From NCBI GenBank assembly GCA_002633005.1, contig NMRA01000116.1, positions 218,474 through 282,473 on the forward strand: a DNA stretch of 64,000 nt, read 5' to 3'. Below, piece after piece: positions 39,601-52,500 of this stretch (position 1 is the stretch's first letter; every line of letters starts with the position of its first letter). The translations under genes were made by a program, and so were the position numbers. Source of the stretch: Phoronis australis (taxonomy: Eukaryota; Animalia; Phoronida). The notes under the pieces are model-generated. The model did no database searches. It was not told the DNA's origin and worked only from the letters and a program-made list of their open reading frames with translations.

Positions 39601-42451
39601 AATAAGGCACATCGTGGCAGTTCTCTATTATAATTCCATCCTGAAAAGGAATTACGTGAACTGTAATATGGCCTGTGTAATGTTATAATAACACCTGTGT
39701 AATGTTATAACATCTGTGTAATTTTACTAGTTAGGGTTAACACACATCAATAGATTCTATAATTTTATACTAGGTACCTGGTAAAGTGAGTTTTCATCAT
39801 CTTTACTCTTACCAACATACTAAAATACTAAGAAGTTGTGCTATTTTAAATTTCTATGGTAGGTATATATAGTAATTAATTTCTTTTCGCCTTTGTCAAC
39901 TAAAGAATTTGGTATTTTATAATTTTAATACTGGCGGGGTAACTGGTAACGGGTATTTTCATGTTCTTTGCTTCAACCATTATCAATACTGAAGCATTTT
40001 CTTCATCAACTGACACGTCATAGTTACACAGTTTCAATGAACAGAGAATCCGCTTACCACATGTGCATTACTGTATATTTTGGCTTCGTTGTGGGTTATA
40101 TCTAATATTTCTTCCATGCTGTGCTGGGCTTGAGGAGTACCTATCAAAGTCAACAACGTAAAAATCGGTTAATTCATTAGAGTTGTGAAACATGTCAGTA
40201 GCAGCTACTTTCTTGCCAAAAGATAGGTGTGCTTATTAACAGATATAGCTACAATTTCACTGCTTAGGTTACATTAATCAACATTCTATATATCTTTCTC
40301 TAAATAAAACAGAGAATGCCTTCCCTCAGGGCATGCAACTTCAAAATAAATGTTTGAGGGTGCTGGGTTCTTTTGATCAGTTTGAAGTTGGAAGGTGCAA
40401 GATGCAACCCCCGCCAGCCAACAGTATAGGAAGTGAAGAAATTTCAAATTCTAATGTTACCAGGGCTTTGGGTATGCAGTTCTCAAATCTCAAGTTTGAA
40501 ACAAAACCATGCAATAAACATACAAAAAGCCAAAACAAAATGTTACTGCAGAAAAGGTAAAACTACCAGTACTGAATATTATACTAGACAATATATGAGT
40601 GAATTCCTAAGGAACATTCAAGGCCAGCCACGTTTGTTTTTTCATATCACCATCCTTATTATAGACTACTTTGCAAAGTCAAAAACAAAATAATTTTTAT
40701 CTTACTAATGACGGTCAAACCTTTTGTAGGGATAATTCCATAAAACCAACCTCTTTCGTAGGTATTCTCGAACAACTGAATTTTTAATTAACGTCCCGAA
40801 ACGACATTAACAGAGATGCTATGCAATCGAATGTTAAAAGAATATTAAACCAGGATTTTGACTATGACTGATAGAGACCTGAGAGAGACGACCAAATTTC
40901 GCAAACTTTCAGGTACCATGCTTAATGCACTGTTTTCCAAAAAAATGCTAACTTTTGTATGAGTTCTCAAAAAATTGGACTGATTTTCATGAAGGAAATC
41001 AAAAATTGCATGAAATGAAAACGATAAGATTTGGAAAAACTGTAATAGTATTTATGAGATTTCATCTTGAACATTTATAGTAAACAAAATTTGATCATTT
41101 TACTGATACCATCGTTTTGGTGAATCTTACTGAAGTGACATGGTCACGTGACCCAATTTATATCAGATTGGTAAAAAGTCAAAAATTAAATTCTATAGGC
41201 TCTTTGTCATTCAGAAAACATGTACTTTTACAGGATTAAAATCTACATTTTTGTGATTATTTGGCTAAATACACAAACTTTTTTAATAAAATGCTACATA
41301 ACCTTAGTTAAATGCAATTACCTAAGCCATTTAATCCTTTAACGTTATGTAGGACTTATGAAAAAGGCGGTGGTGTATTAAGCACAAATACCAACAAAAA
41401 CTACAGATTTTAACTCAGCAAAAGTATATATATTCTAATACCAATCAGACATTAACTGGGTCACATGACCATTTTAAAGTAAAACTTTGCAAAAAGCATA
41501 ATTAGATTCATATCATACAAAGCAATGGTATCAATAACATAACCAAATTTTAATTAACAAAGATGTTCAAGGTGAGACCTCAAAATTTTTTCTAAATTAT
41601 GATTTCGTTTTCTTGAACTTTTTAAGATTTTTATTAAAAACAATTGGTCCCATTTTTAAAGCCCACATAGAACATTTTAAAAACACATGATCCGCTACAC
41701 TGACACTCTAAACTGTTGCGTTGCCCAGACTCCAGGGCTTCGGAGTTAACTTGGGTAATCAGATGTGAAATTGTCCATAATTAACATGCATGGTTGCAAC
41801 ACCAGAGGGGGTGATGGCAATAGTATTTTTTGAAGTTTTCATTTCAAGTACTTAAACAGCATATTTGAATAGTTTATGAAAAGTGCACCGGTTTTGGAAT
41901 TTTAAAATTGCACAACAAATGGGGCTTTTATAATTTAAAACTAGAAAGTAGACCATAGCCAGTATTCTGGTTAATTAATTCAGCTAGGATTGCAACCTAA
42001 TGGGCCATCTTACCAAACCAGCAATTAAAAATTCAGTGAAGAATGTGTTATCATCATCATACAATCTGGGCATGGATTAAAGTACTCCGAATAACAATGC
42101 TTGGAGCAGGGTATCAGAAAGTTTGACATGAGTCCGATAACCATTTCTGAGATATGATTTTCCATAGTAAGTCATTTTGCTGGGGAGTAGGGTCCAACAC
42201 AACCTCAATGTCCTCAATGAGTTGGAATTTGACCTTTTCGGTCTTGGCTGCCTGAATGTAATTTGTACTACATAGCCTAGGCTGAACATGGAATCCAGAT
42301 TGTAATAATTCAGGCCTATAATACACTTTTTTAAAAGAGACAGTGATTTACATGAGTGTTAACCAAAAGAGCTACCAGGTAAAGCTGGCACATGAATCAT
42401 TGCCAGAACAACAGAACTTCTTCTCCCAAACAACGACGTAAACTTGTTCAT
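36623..42451 (-). CDS. BtpA/SgcQ-family TIM-barrel protein (C. elegans F13E9.13-like), 271 aa, six exons
   Basis: Exons 42451-42376, 40140-40058, 39640-39454, 39098-38948, 38146-38019 and 36813-36623, all GT-AG and in frame. Motifs: AMIHVPALPGTP, DGIIIENCHDVPY, FIRAEGFVFSHVADEG, DIKKKHSAHA, GVIVTGSATG, LPVLVGSGVT, IVGSHFKKGGDW. In-frame upstream ATGs at 42466 and 42514. Confidence 0.92.
40940..41680. repeat. Old, diverged long inverted repeat (MITE-like) in BtpA intron 1
   Basis: Arms match as reverse complements, e.g. gagatttcatcttgaacat vs atgttcaaggtgagacctc and atggtcacgtgaccca vs tgggtcacatgaccat. Confidence 0.55.
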
Positions 42452-42519
42452 AGCTGAAGAACACATTGCCGGTGACTTGTTTGCCCTCGAAAGGTTTGAC
42501 CTATTTAGATACATAAACA

Positions 42520-43345
42520 GAGACTGTCCAATTAAAAGTCTACAAGAATTTTACCCATAATCCTAAGTCAAAATGGGTGCTTCCCGGGCTCTTATTGTTC
42601 ATTTTCGCGGTTTTTAGCAAATTTCTCGGTAATTTTTATACCGCTTATTGTCCATACGTTGTGTAAAGAGTTCGCTTTCAAAGTTGTTTCGATTGATGTG
42701 CAACATTCCTCACTTTCCATTGAATATAAGCGACTTTATCACCAAAATGTCCGTGGTTTAAAAGCTTGCAGTCGACAATTTTCCCTGGATACTACGACGC
42801 CGCATTTCAAAATTCAGTGGAAAAACAACAACAGTATTTTTTATGTCTTTATTTTAATAGACAGACCAAAAATAACCCAATTCGAAAATAAACGCAACAA
42901 ATATCAATTGCTCAAAGCGAAACTGAACGCATCTTGCATTTCTCATTGCCGCGCTTTTGTACGCAAATCCTCCCGCCCAGCTGATTTGGACTCTTGAAGC
43001 GCCGATCGTCGAGCAGAATCGGTGAAACGTAAGGTGTGATTTTTTCTGATTCTGTCTCAAGGATTTTGTTTTTGGTACAAATTTATTCGAAAAAATCTCC
43101 CTCTGTTTGTTTCTTATCGTTTTTTGCTTTTGTAAATTGAATAAGTTTCCAAAAAGAATTATTTATTCTGGAAAGCTATAAGCGCCATCAAGTAGACAAT
43201 AACGTAGTTTTGGCGGGAGTGCTTGGGTGCAGCTTGCTGAGTTATTTGCTTGCGCTTGTCTTTATATTACTCGATATTTAGGCAACCAAAGAACACTTTC
43301 TGGGTTGATGTGATATGAGATAACATCGAAGAAAATATCTGGTAC
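42520..43345. promoter_or_regulatory. Head-to-head promoter region of BtpA-like and cyclin E, with E2F sites
   Basis: E2F-type motifs ttttcgcgg (42602), tcccgcc (42971) and ttttggcggga (43208). CpG-enriched. Probable UTR-exon donor near 43341. Confidence 0.6.
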
Positions 43346-43532
43346 GATTTTGTTCTCTTTCGCTCTGATTTGTAGGATTAAACTATGAATTAACATCGTC
43401 TACTTGAAACAAGAATGTCCGGGTGTTCTCGGGGACGCTGACCCACTCTCTCTCTCTCTTATTCTTTGTTTAGTATTACTTTCTTTGAATGTTTTACAGG
43501 TAAATTTCTCAAATTGAAGAGGGTACCCTGCA

Positions 43533-46500
43533 ATGTCAAGAAGAAGGTTTGTAGTGATTTATTATAATAATTTTACTAAGTTAGTGAAATTTGGCTAATC
43601 AATAGACCGTATGCTTAGTTCGTGCACCATTTTGTTTTTGTCTCTTGAGTTCGGCTTCGAAGTTGTGATTGCATTGGCTAGAGTATTTCACTTGTGCGTT
43701 AGTGGGTAGTCTTGTGAGTACTTGGTGCATTTCAATTTAGATTTGCTCGTGGTTACCTAATTCTATTAGAGTTCATTGGATCAGATATTTCTTTTCTTTG
43801 TTATCACTGAAATGAAACCAACTTCTAGATGCAAACTATAACCCTTAATCAGTCTTAATCTTTTTCTTGAATTTTACTCTTGCTGCTCAGATAAGTTGTA
43901 CGTAAAAACAAGACACGTCCTGCAATTGAATTACATAAATTGACGAGGTGATGTTTACATTATTGATCTAGTGCGCATTCAACTAAATGGTCAAAAATGT
44001 TAAGTCATGATTTAAGTAGTTGGTCTAAGTACAGTATTCTTACCGTTTTTTGTCAATAGTGAGAGGTTAAAATGTGCATGCTACCAAAGCTTCAATTTTT
44101 AATTGTCTTATATATATATATAGGTATCAAATGAATATTATTAAAATAAAATAAACAAATTGAACATATAATTCCGTATCATTTATTCATGACATATATT
44201 GATCATAAAAATCCGTCCTCGCGTTTCAGGGTGGGGGATTTCTAAAAATGACCATAAATTGTGAACCTCTGGGCAAAATTTGTGATGGTTGGCAGGTAGC
44301 CTGTTACATGCAGACCTAGTTAAAAATTACTGTCTTTGTTTCTGGTATATGTGTGTTTACACTAAGTATGTGGTACCCATCGTCACTTGTTTTGTTCGTT
44401 TACTGCCCAGTTGTACCCTATAAATCTGGCAGTGCATGGTCATGGCCACATGTTCATTAGCCACTACATAATTGTTTTGCCACTCTTGCTGAAGCAACCT
44501 TGCTGTATATGCACATAGTTAGGTGTTGATTGAACACACGACACTTTTCATTGTTCACAGTCTTTATTCCGTTACGTTCATATCTTCGGAATAAAACTCT
44601 ACTCTCGACGGAACATAGATAAAGTAACTGACCTAGCGACATAATTAAAAGGCACACGATACTTCAAAACATACTTGTTTCATTCTCAAGTGAAGATAAA
44701 ATGACGCAGTTAAATCCTCCACATTTTATCTTCACTTGAGAATGAAACGAGTATGTTTCGAAATATCGTGTGCCTTTTAATTATGTCGCTAGGTCGGTTA
44801 CTTTATCTATGTCCGTTGAGAGTAGAGTTTTATTCCGAAGATATGAACGTAACGGAATAAAGACTGTGAACAATTAAAAGTGTCGGGTGTTCAATCAATT
44901 CTGTATATCCGAAAACTTGCTCCCGAAGTACAGCCATAGTTAGGTGTGTATACAAATTGCGAAACACTTGAGCAAAGCCACGAAGCAAATGTTTATATGT
45001 TCACTAAAAATGTGGTTGCATGTTATCAGCATCTCAGCTGAGATCAATCCTTTGTGAGGCTTACCTTTGCTTGTCTGTTAATTATTTCAAAACTTGATCT
45101 TTAAATTTTGTACAAAGTTGTGTGGCAGTGATGTATTGCTAACATTCGATTTTTGGACGGATTCGACAGCAGCACCTGTTCGGCATTTTACTTTTCAGTA
45201 AAAAATTCATAATGGTGAAATGGTGCGGCGCATTCGTATGTGACGGAAATGTGCCGACACTAGTTGATTTTCAGATGGCTTTGACTACACTGGAAACCCT
45301 CGATAACCATTTTAGTTTTTTATTAGCAACTCATTGTCTGATAATTTTTAGTAAAATGCCTGGACAAATTTCTGTGAAACTTAGCGCAGAGCTATGTGGG
45401 AATGTCGCTTTTCTTATGGTGCCTATGAAAGATCCCACATGGCTCTTTAAGAGAAGAGTTAGGCTCTTTCGTGAACTTGCCACAGCGCACTCAATTCGGC
45501 ATAAAGTAACTAATGGATTTGTCCAGCACTAAGTAAACTTGTATGGAAATCTGACATACATAAATGTTATGAGTAAACATAAAAAATGTTTGGTAGTCTG
45601 GTACCTGACTCAAGGGTCAAACAGTGTGCCCCAGTGGGACTCGAACCCATAACCTTAAATGAAGTAACTGGACCTTATCCCTCTGTGCTGCACTGCTGCC
45701 TCTAAAGCAATCATAACGAAATACTCACATTAAATTTTTAACTTTGTTTTTAGTATTAGGATTCTTTCAAAGCACAGACCTGAAAAAGCTGTGGTTAAAG
45801 ACGTGGAAAGCAAAAAGAGAAAGGCTGAAGAGGTTTGTCGTTTTATCTTTGCTGTTTTTATTTGTCTAGATACGCTTTCATTTTCTCATTCAAATTCCAT
45901 ATTATCCCAATACAACATGTTTTGCTCGTGTATTTCAGGACGCTGATCGGGAAATGGAAGTAAGCAGAAGAAGGCAGCAGTTTCAAATTCAGGTATTAAA
46001 TTATAACTTTTTTAGTGTCGCATTATATCCAAACACCTGTTGGTTAGGTATTTCCATAGAACAACTGTAACCCTGCACAAATGTGTGTGCACACTGATTA
46101 ATAACATAGAAAATAAATCTGAAACTAAATAAGGCGATCCAGATCCTCCCAAGGATACTATCGTTTCACGAAATGTAGAATATAAATAGGTAAATAAAAC
46201 AACAAGAATGGATCAACTGAAATTTTCGAATGTAGTAACGTCCCTTGTCAACAGAAACAGAAATAAAGTAAAATCAAAGGACGTTATTACATCCGAAAAT
46301 TTCAGTTGATCCATTCTTGTTGTTTTATTTACCTATTTATATTGCACACTGATTCTAATGTTTATGCTCACGCATATACATATGTGGGTTCATATTGATG
46401 TCATCTCCAATGGTCTGGCGTCTTGACTTCTGTATATCATAAACACTTTACAAAGGCCTTCATGAAATTTGCCGATGTGTTCCGATGAAGCTTGCAATGG

Positions 46501-49500
46501 ATAACTGCTACTTAGTAGCAATTTTAAGTTTTCCTGCAACTACTAAGTCGCATGACAGACGTGTTCCTTTCAAGAATACAAGTTTCCCTGTAAATTTTTT
46601 AGCCCAGTCGGTTACTGCAGCGCTCTGTAGTGGCAATTTTTGTTTTCTTAGCAGCAATCTCGAAATCTTCTAAGACTAGTTGCCAATTTTCGGATGACAA
46701 GCACTTAACCACATAGATTGAAGTTTAAGTTCGCTAGTGTTGCTTTCTCTAGTGCATGTAAATGCTTGAAGATATTAGCATCACTTCCATCTTTGCCATT
46801 TGCGATGTACACAGTGGGCGCAAATCAACACTGCATTATTCTTCTTGACTGGGTAATACTTCAATTTCCTGTTGTTGCATGGTCTTTGCTTGCCAGTAAC
46901 AGACCTTTGTGCCATATGCGAAACGTGTATTTGGGCAGAAATTGGACAATACGCATTGACTGCAGAAAGTACTTGAGTAGAGGTGACCTGTATATTTCTG
47001 TATATTATGCGTCATGTCTCATTGATTGTGGGAATGGGAGGAAACATGGTTTTTTATTAAAAATTAAAAAATTAATTTATCTTTATAAGTTAGAACCGGA
47101 ATTAAATCACGGACTGTTGCTACCATTGGTGAAGCATTAATTAGTACTTTCGAGGGCTTTTTGAATGTGGTAGCTTTCAATGCCACAGGTGTTAGACACA
47201 TTCTCCTTATATTAGGGGAAATTACACTCACTATCAAGTTTTCAAATGTTTGTTGTCACAGCATTTCATGTCATTTTGTACCTTCTTCTATCCCATTTCA
47301 GAACCAATGGGTGCCAATCTCTGACCATTCATCTGTGATAACTAGTACTCTCGTACCCACTAAAGCTGACCCCAGGCCCACGATGTCCACACCACAGGAG
47401 TTTGTTGGCTCTACTTTTAGGTATTTCCATTGAGCTTACTTGTCTGGTTCAGTGACGCGTTTGTGACAATTTTTAATTATTGGCAAGTCAATGAGTAGAA
47501 TATTGCTGTTTACAATCACAGCTTTATAAGTCTTCTGGTTTTGAAGGTTAACTAACTGTAACCCAACATTCATAGTTTCAGCAAACATTAAGTTATGTTC
47601 TTGTCTTACACTGGACTTCGCCACTCCAATGTTGAATGTTGGAATTACTTGGCTAAACCTTTTTCAAACAACTGTTAAGTGAGAGTGTAAGACGGAATTT
47701 GTGTCTTGAGTCTTTAGTCACTTTCATGAAGCCAACCTCAGGTGTAACTTGAGGAGCAGTTTTGATGCTGAAGAACAAACCTTGCGTACTTCACGAATTA
47801 CCAGAATCCATTGCATGCCCCCTCCATCTTGTAAGGTTCAATTTCTTTTCAGGTTTGAAAATATCTTGACGTCTTCGAATATCCTACACAACTCGCCGCT
47901 GCCCAAACTAAACTGGGCCGACTCTGAGGAGGTGTGGAGGGTTATGCACCATAAGGATGTGACATACACACGAGACAAGTCAGTTCTCAGTCGCCACCCA
48001 ACACTTCACGCTCGCATGAGGGCCATTCTACTAGACTGGTTAATTGAGGTATATCACTAGCTATTCTTTATGTCTGTATTTCTTTGTATAGTTTCGCAGT
48101 GTTGATGTTATGCATTTTTCTTGCAAAACAAATGTCTGATTATGTTCTACTGTCTGTATTCCTCTCTGTGTACAACTGAATTCAGAGTATTTGGGCTTCA
48201 AGGTTTCTTGTCTTGAACGTGGCATTCCATTGACAACAGGCCTTTATACAGCGTTGGTCCTGGGCGTCCAAATGGACGCCCTAGCACTAATCTGGATGCC
48301 CTGGCAAGGATGCCCAATGTATCATTTGGACGCCCACTGTCAATAGGAACCTTTCAAGTTTGGACTCGCACATTGTACTGAATACTAGGAAGCCTCTGAA
48401 GGCTCACAATGGGGGCTCTTTTTTCAAAGCAGGAAGAAATATACAATGTATATTCAAAGTATATGCATTGTTGCTATTTTGACACTTGATTGACAGCATT
48501 GTAAAAGTCTTGGTCTACACAGTTTTTTTAGTAAAAATGCTCACCATAGAAGGCTGTTTTTATAAACTTAGATGTAAAAACCTTAATCTATGCATTTTTT
48601 GTAAAAAAAATCTGTGTGTTTGGGGGTATTGCTGGGGGTGGGGGGTTACGCGTCGGAATCATGGATGCCCTGGAATATTGGGAACACCATTTTGGACACT
48701 CTATTTTCAAAATCCTGGATAAAGGCCTGATTCACAATTAACTGTCTTAGTTGATAGTTTCTCTATCAGGCAGCAGTCTGAGCTCATGTTAATAATAATA
48801 TTTCTCCCATTTAAAGTTTTTTCACAAAGGTAGCCGCTTCGTTGCTTATCATTGCTTTCTGTGGGGGCCCTCAATATNGTGTCTTGAACGTGGCATTCCA
48901 TTGACAACAGGCCTTTATACAGCGTTGGTCCATTTGGACGCCCTAGCACTAATCTGGATGCCCTGGCAAGGATGCCCAATGTATCATTTGGACGCCCACT
49001 GTCAATAGGAACCTTTCAAGTTTGGACTCACACATTGTACTGAATACTAGGAAGCCTCTGAAGGCTCACAATGGGGGCCCTTTTTTCAAAGCAGGAAGAA
49101 ATATACAATGCATTGTTGCTATTTTGACACTTGATTGACAGCATTATAAAAGTCTTGGTCAACACAGTTTTTTTAGTAAAAATGCTCACCATAGAAGGCT
49201 GTTTTTATAAACTTAGATGTAAAAACCTTAATCTATGCATTTTTTGTAAAAAGAATCTGTGTGTTTGGGGGTATTGCTGGTGGTGGGGGGTTACGCGTCG
49301 GAATCATGGATGCCCTGGAATATTGGGAACACCATTTTGGACACTATTTTCAAAATCCTGGATAAAGGCCTGATTCACAATTAACTGTCTTAGTTGATAG
49401 TTTCTCTATCAGGCAGCAGTCTGAGCTCATGTTAATAATAATATTTCTCCCATTTAAATTTTTTTCACAAAGGTAGCCGCTTCGTTGCTTATCATTGCTT

Positions 49501-52500
49501 TCTGTGGGGGCCCTCAATATTCTCACTTCACAGTTGGAGTTATGATCTCAATCAAACGCAGGCTATCACCAATTAGTTCAACGGTAGCGAAAACAACCAT
49601 TAGTTGTTGCAATCTTGATCAGTCTCAGGTTTTCTAGCCCACCCAGTACTTTTGTACTACCGTGTTTTAACTGTGATTACAGGTGTGTGAAGTGTACAGG
49701 TTGCACAGGGAGACTTACTACCTCGCTGTCGATTTCTTCGACCGTTTTCTAGCAACACAAAAAAATATTCAAAAGACGCAGCTTCAGCTAATAGGAATCA
49801 CATCATTGTTTGTGGCAGCAAAGTTAGAGGTAATGTTTCTATTCCATCCTGTGTGCAATGTCTGTGTTGCTAACCAATGTTGTTCTCTAACGTATATCAC
49901 CTGCAGTTTACCACTAGCAAAGGTTGTTACGCCTGCAACGATCAAACATTTTAACATATTCTATCACTTCAATCGTCCATTGTTGTTCATCATATGTACT
50001 GCTGGTCCAGAATGGTGTTTAAAGGTATAAATCAAGAAACAACTTTGATCTGATGACCATTTCCTAGCTTTAAATATCATGGTATAAGGCTTCTCTTGTC
50101 GTCTAGTAATCAACCTCCAAATTGTTTGCTTAATTATTGTGAATGCTGAAAGTGAATGCACGACCTGTTCACAAAAGTAGTAACGTTGTTGAATGACCTG
50201 TTCTGATACGTGTTTACACCAACTGATTTTTTTTTAAATCATAATTTTCATTTGCTGTCAACAGTGGAAATAAGGTACAGTTAGTAACTGTCGTATCGTA
50301 TATTGTGTGGGCTTTTGTTAGTACTTGTTGTATGTTATATTTAGAGAAATGCATTAATTCAAGGAAGTACATTTTGGTAAGGATTATTATTACCAGGGCT
50401 TTGAATTTTCCTCTTTTGAGAAGATCCCCTCTTTTTTGATTTCAATTTCCTCTTATTTGATTTCCAGTTTCCTCTTTTTTGTCTCTTTTATCATTATTTT
50501 GACTTTATTCTTGCAAAAACATTTATTTCAGTTAAATTTTAAAACACAAAAATACTTCCATCACACAAGCTTATTTGCTTGTGGAATTATACATCATTTG
50601 GAAGATTTTTTTATGTCATTGGTCATTCCAAACACTGTATTACAACATGTGTAGTTTACTATATTGTTTGTGTGTTCTATCTGTGTACTATAGAACAGAA
50701 ATATACAAATTCAGTGGTCATGTCATGTGAAACATACTTGAGGTTCATTTTGTCCAACTCGACAGTTTGTAGAACTAATTAGTCCACAATTTCTTTTTAG
50801 CGTCTTTGTTTTCCTAGTCATTAATGTAATCAAAGTTTGGTATAATGTATAATGTGATCTTTCCGTAACAATTTACTCACACAACTTATGTCTTCGCAGG
50901 AAATCTACCCTCCTAAACTGGCCGAGTTTGCCTATGTTACCGACGGTGCTTGTACAGAAAGTGAAATTTTAGATCAGGAACTAATCATGCTCAAAGTAAG
51001 TGTGACCTGCTGGCCCACGGTTACTGCTACTGTTTAGTCTTGGTTTGATTCCAGTTGCTCAGAGAAAATATTTCTAATGAGCTTGTCAAGTGAATAATAT
51101 ACATCACAGCTTACACTTCCACTATATAAGCAATGTTTCAGTGGCTGTAATCGGTAAATGTAGTACCATGTTGCCACGCCTTCAGGCCCATGGGCGTTAT
51201 TCCAAAATAATGCCTTTTTTGCGGCCTCTTTTACCCAAGTGGCTCTCATGTAAGCCCAAGTAATGTCCCTCACATAGACCCATACACTGGGTTCTCATAT
51301 AAGCCCAAGTAATGTCCCTCGCATAGACCCATACACTGGGTTCTCATATAAGTCCAAGTAATGTCGCTCGCATAGACCCATACACTGGGTTCTCATATAA
51401 GCCCAAGTAATGTCCCTCGCATAGACCCATACACTGATTCGTACATAGGCGCACATGTTTTCGTTTTAAAAATTGACTTGCTTTTCATGGACAACATTTT
51501 AGCGTATTGCCGTGCCTAGGCTCATGGGCTTGAATCAGAAGTATAATTGTCTTTTTTCACGGCCTTTTTTACCCAAGTTTCTCATTTAAGCACAGTTCCT
51601 AATGGCGCGGCAATATGGTATGCAGATGCACGTAACTATTGTTATGACATGATATTGCCAAATTTTCACCTCATTAATATACTACTCAAACCGGTTGAAT
51701 TTAGGCTTTTTAGTAGACTGCATTTTATCACAGAAATGGAAGTTCTATTACTTGCTTCATCGTCAAAGTATTGATGTTTACAGTTAGTAGTGCAGTTTTG
51801 CTAGTTTGTTTGATAGTTGGGGTTTGTTTCTTGCAGGCTTTAAAGTGGGATCTGACACCGGTGACTGTTAACGCGTGGTTGAACGTGTACATGCAGCTGA
51901 CAAACATGGGTAACATGAGTCAGAAGGAGTCTGCCTTTGTATTTCCGCACTACTCGGCGCATGCATTTGTTCAAATTGCTCGGGTAAGTGAAACATCAGT
52001 GTTAGTAACATCGAAATGTTTTTCCCTGAAGAGAACAGCTCAGTTGAAGACAAGACATAGTCTACCTTTGTGAAGTCCTGCTTTTCATAAAGTAACTTTT
52101 TATGGTAATAGTCAGCTTTCTAGGAATTTTTTCAAGAAATGTGTTTGTCTTCAGTTGCTAGGATGGCTTAAATCAGTTCTCTGAAAGATCTCAGGCATGG
52201 TTCCTTGGGTATTGTCAATAAGAATATACAGTTCAAACATGAAATCTTTTGCAGCTTAATATTCCTTAAATACATAATAGATTACTACATGGGCAGGCTG
52301 TTATTTCATGTATCTAGAACCATAGTACCATTTGGAAGAATATGATAATGATTTCTCTATGTTCCATGATGTACTTGAAAATAACTATTGAAGAATATAA
52401 AAGTGTGGAGTTGAAAACTTAGTGACCCATTCCTTCCCCCATTTCAACTGTTGACCTGGATTTTAGAAATGGATAGTCTAGACAATGTTACCAAGTCCCT

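Noticed and set aside
45624-45699. Functional tRNA gene
   Set aside because: A B box is present, but the cloverleaf stems are incomplete.
48210-49519. ~650-bp duplication in a cyclin E intron, with twin ORFs 48486 and 49131
   Set aside because: It flanks the 'n' at 48878 and the small differences look allelic. The ORFs lie within a MITE.
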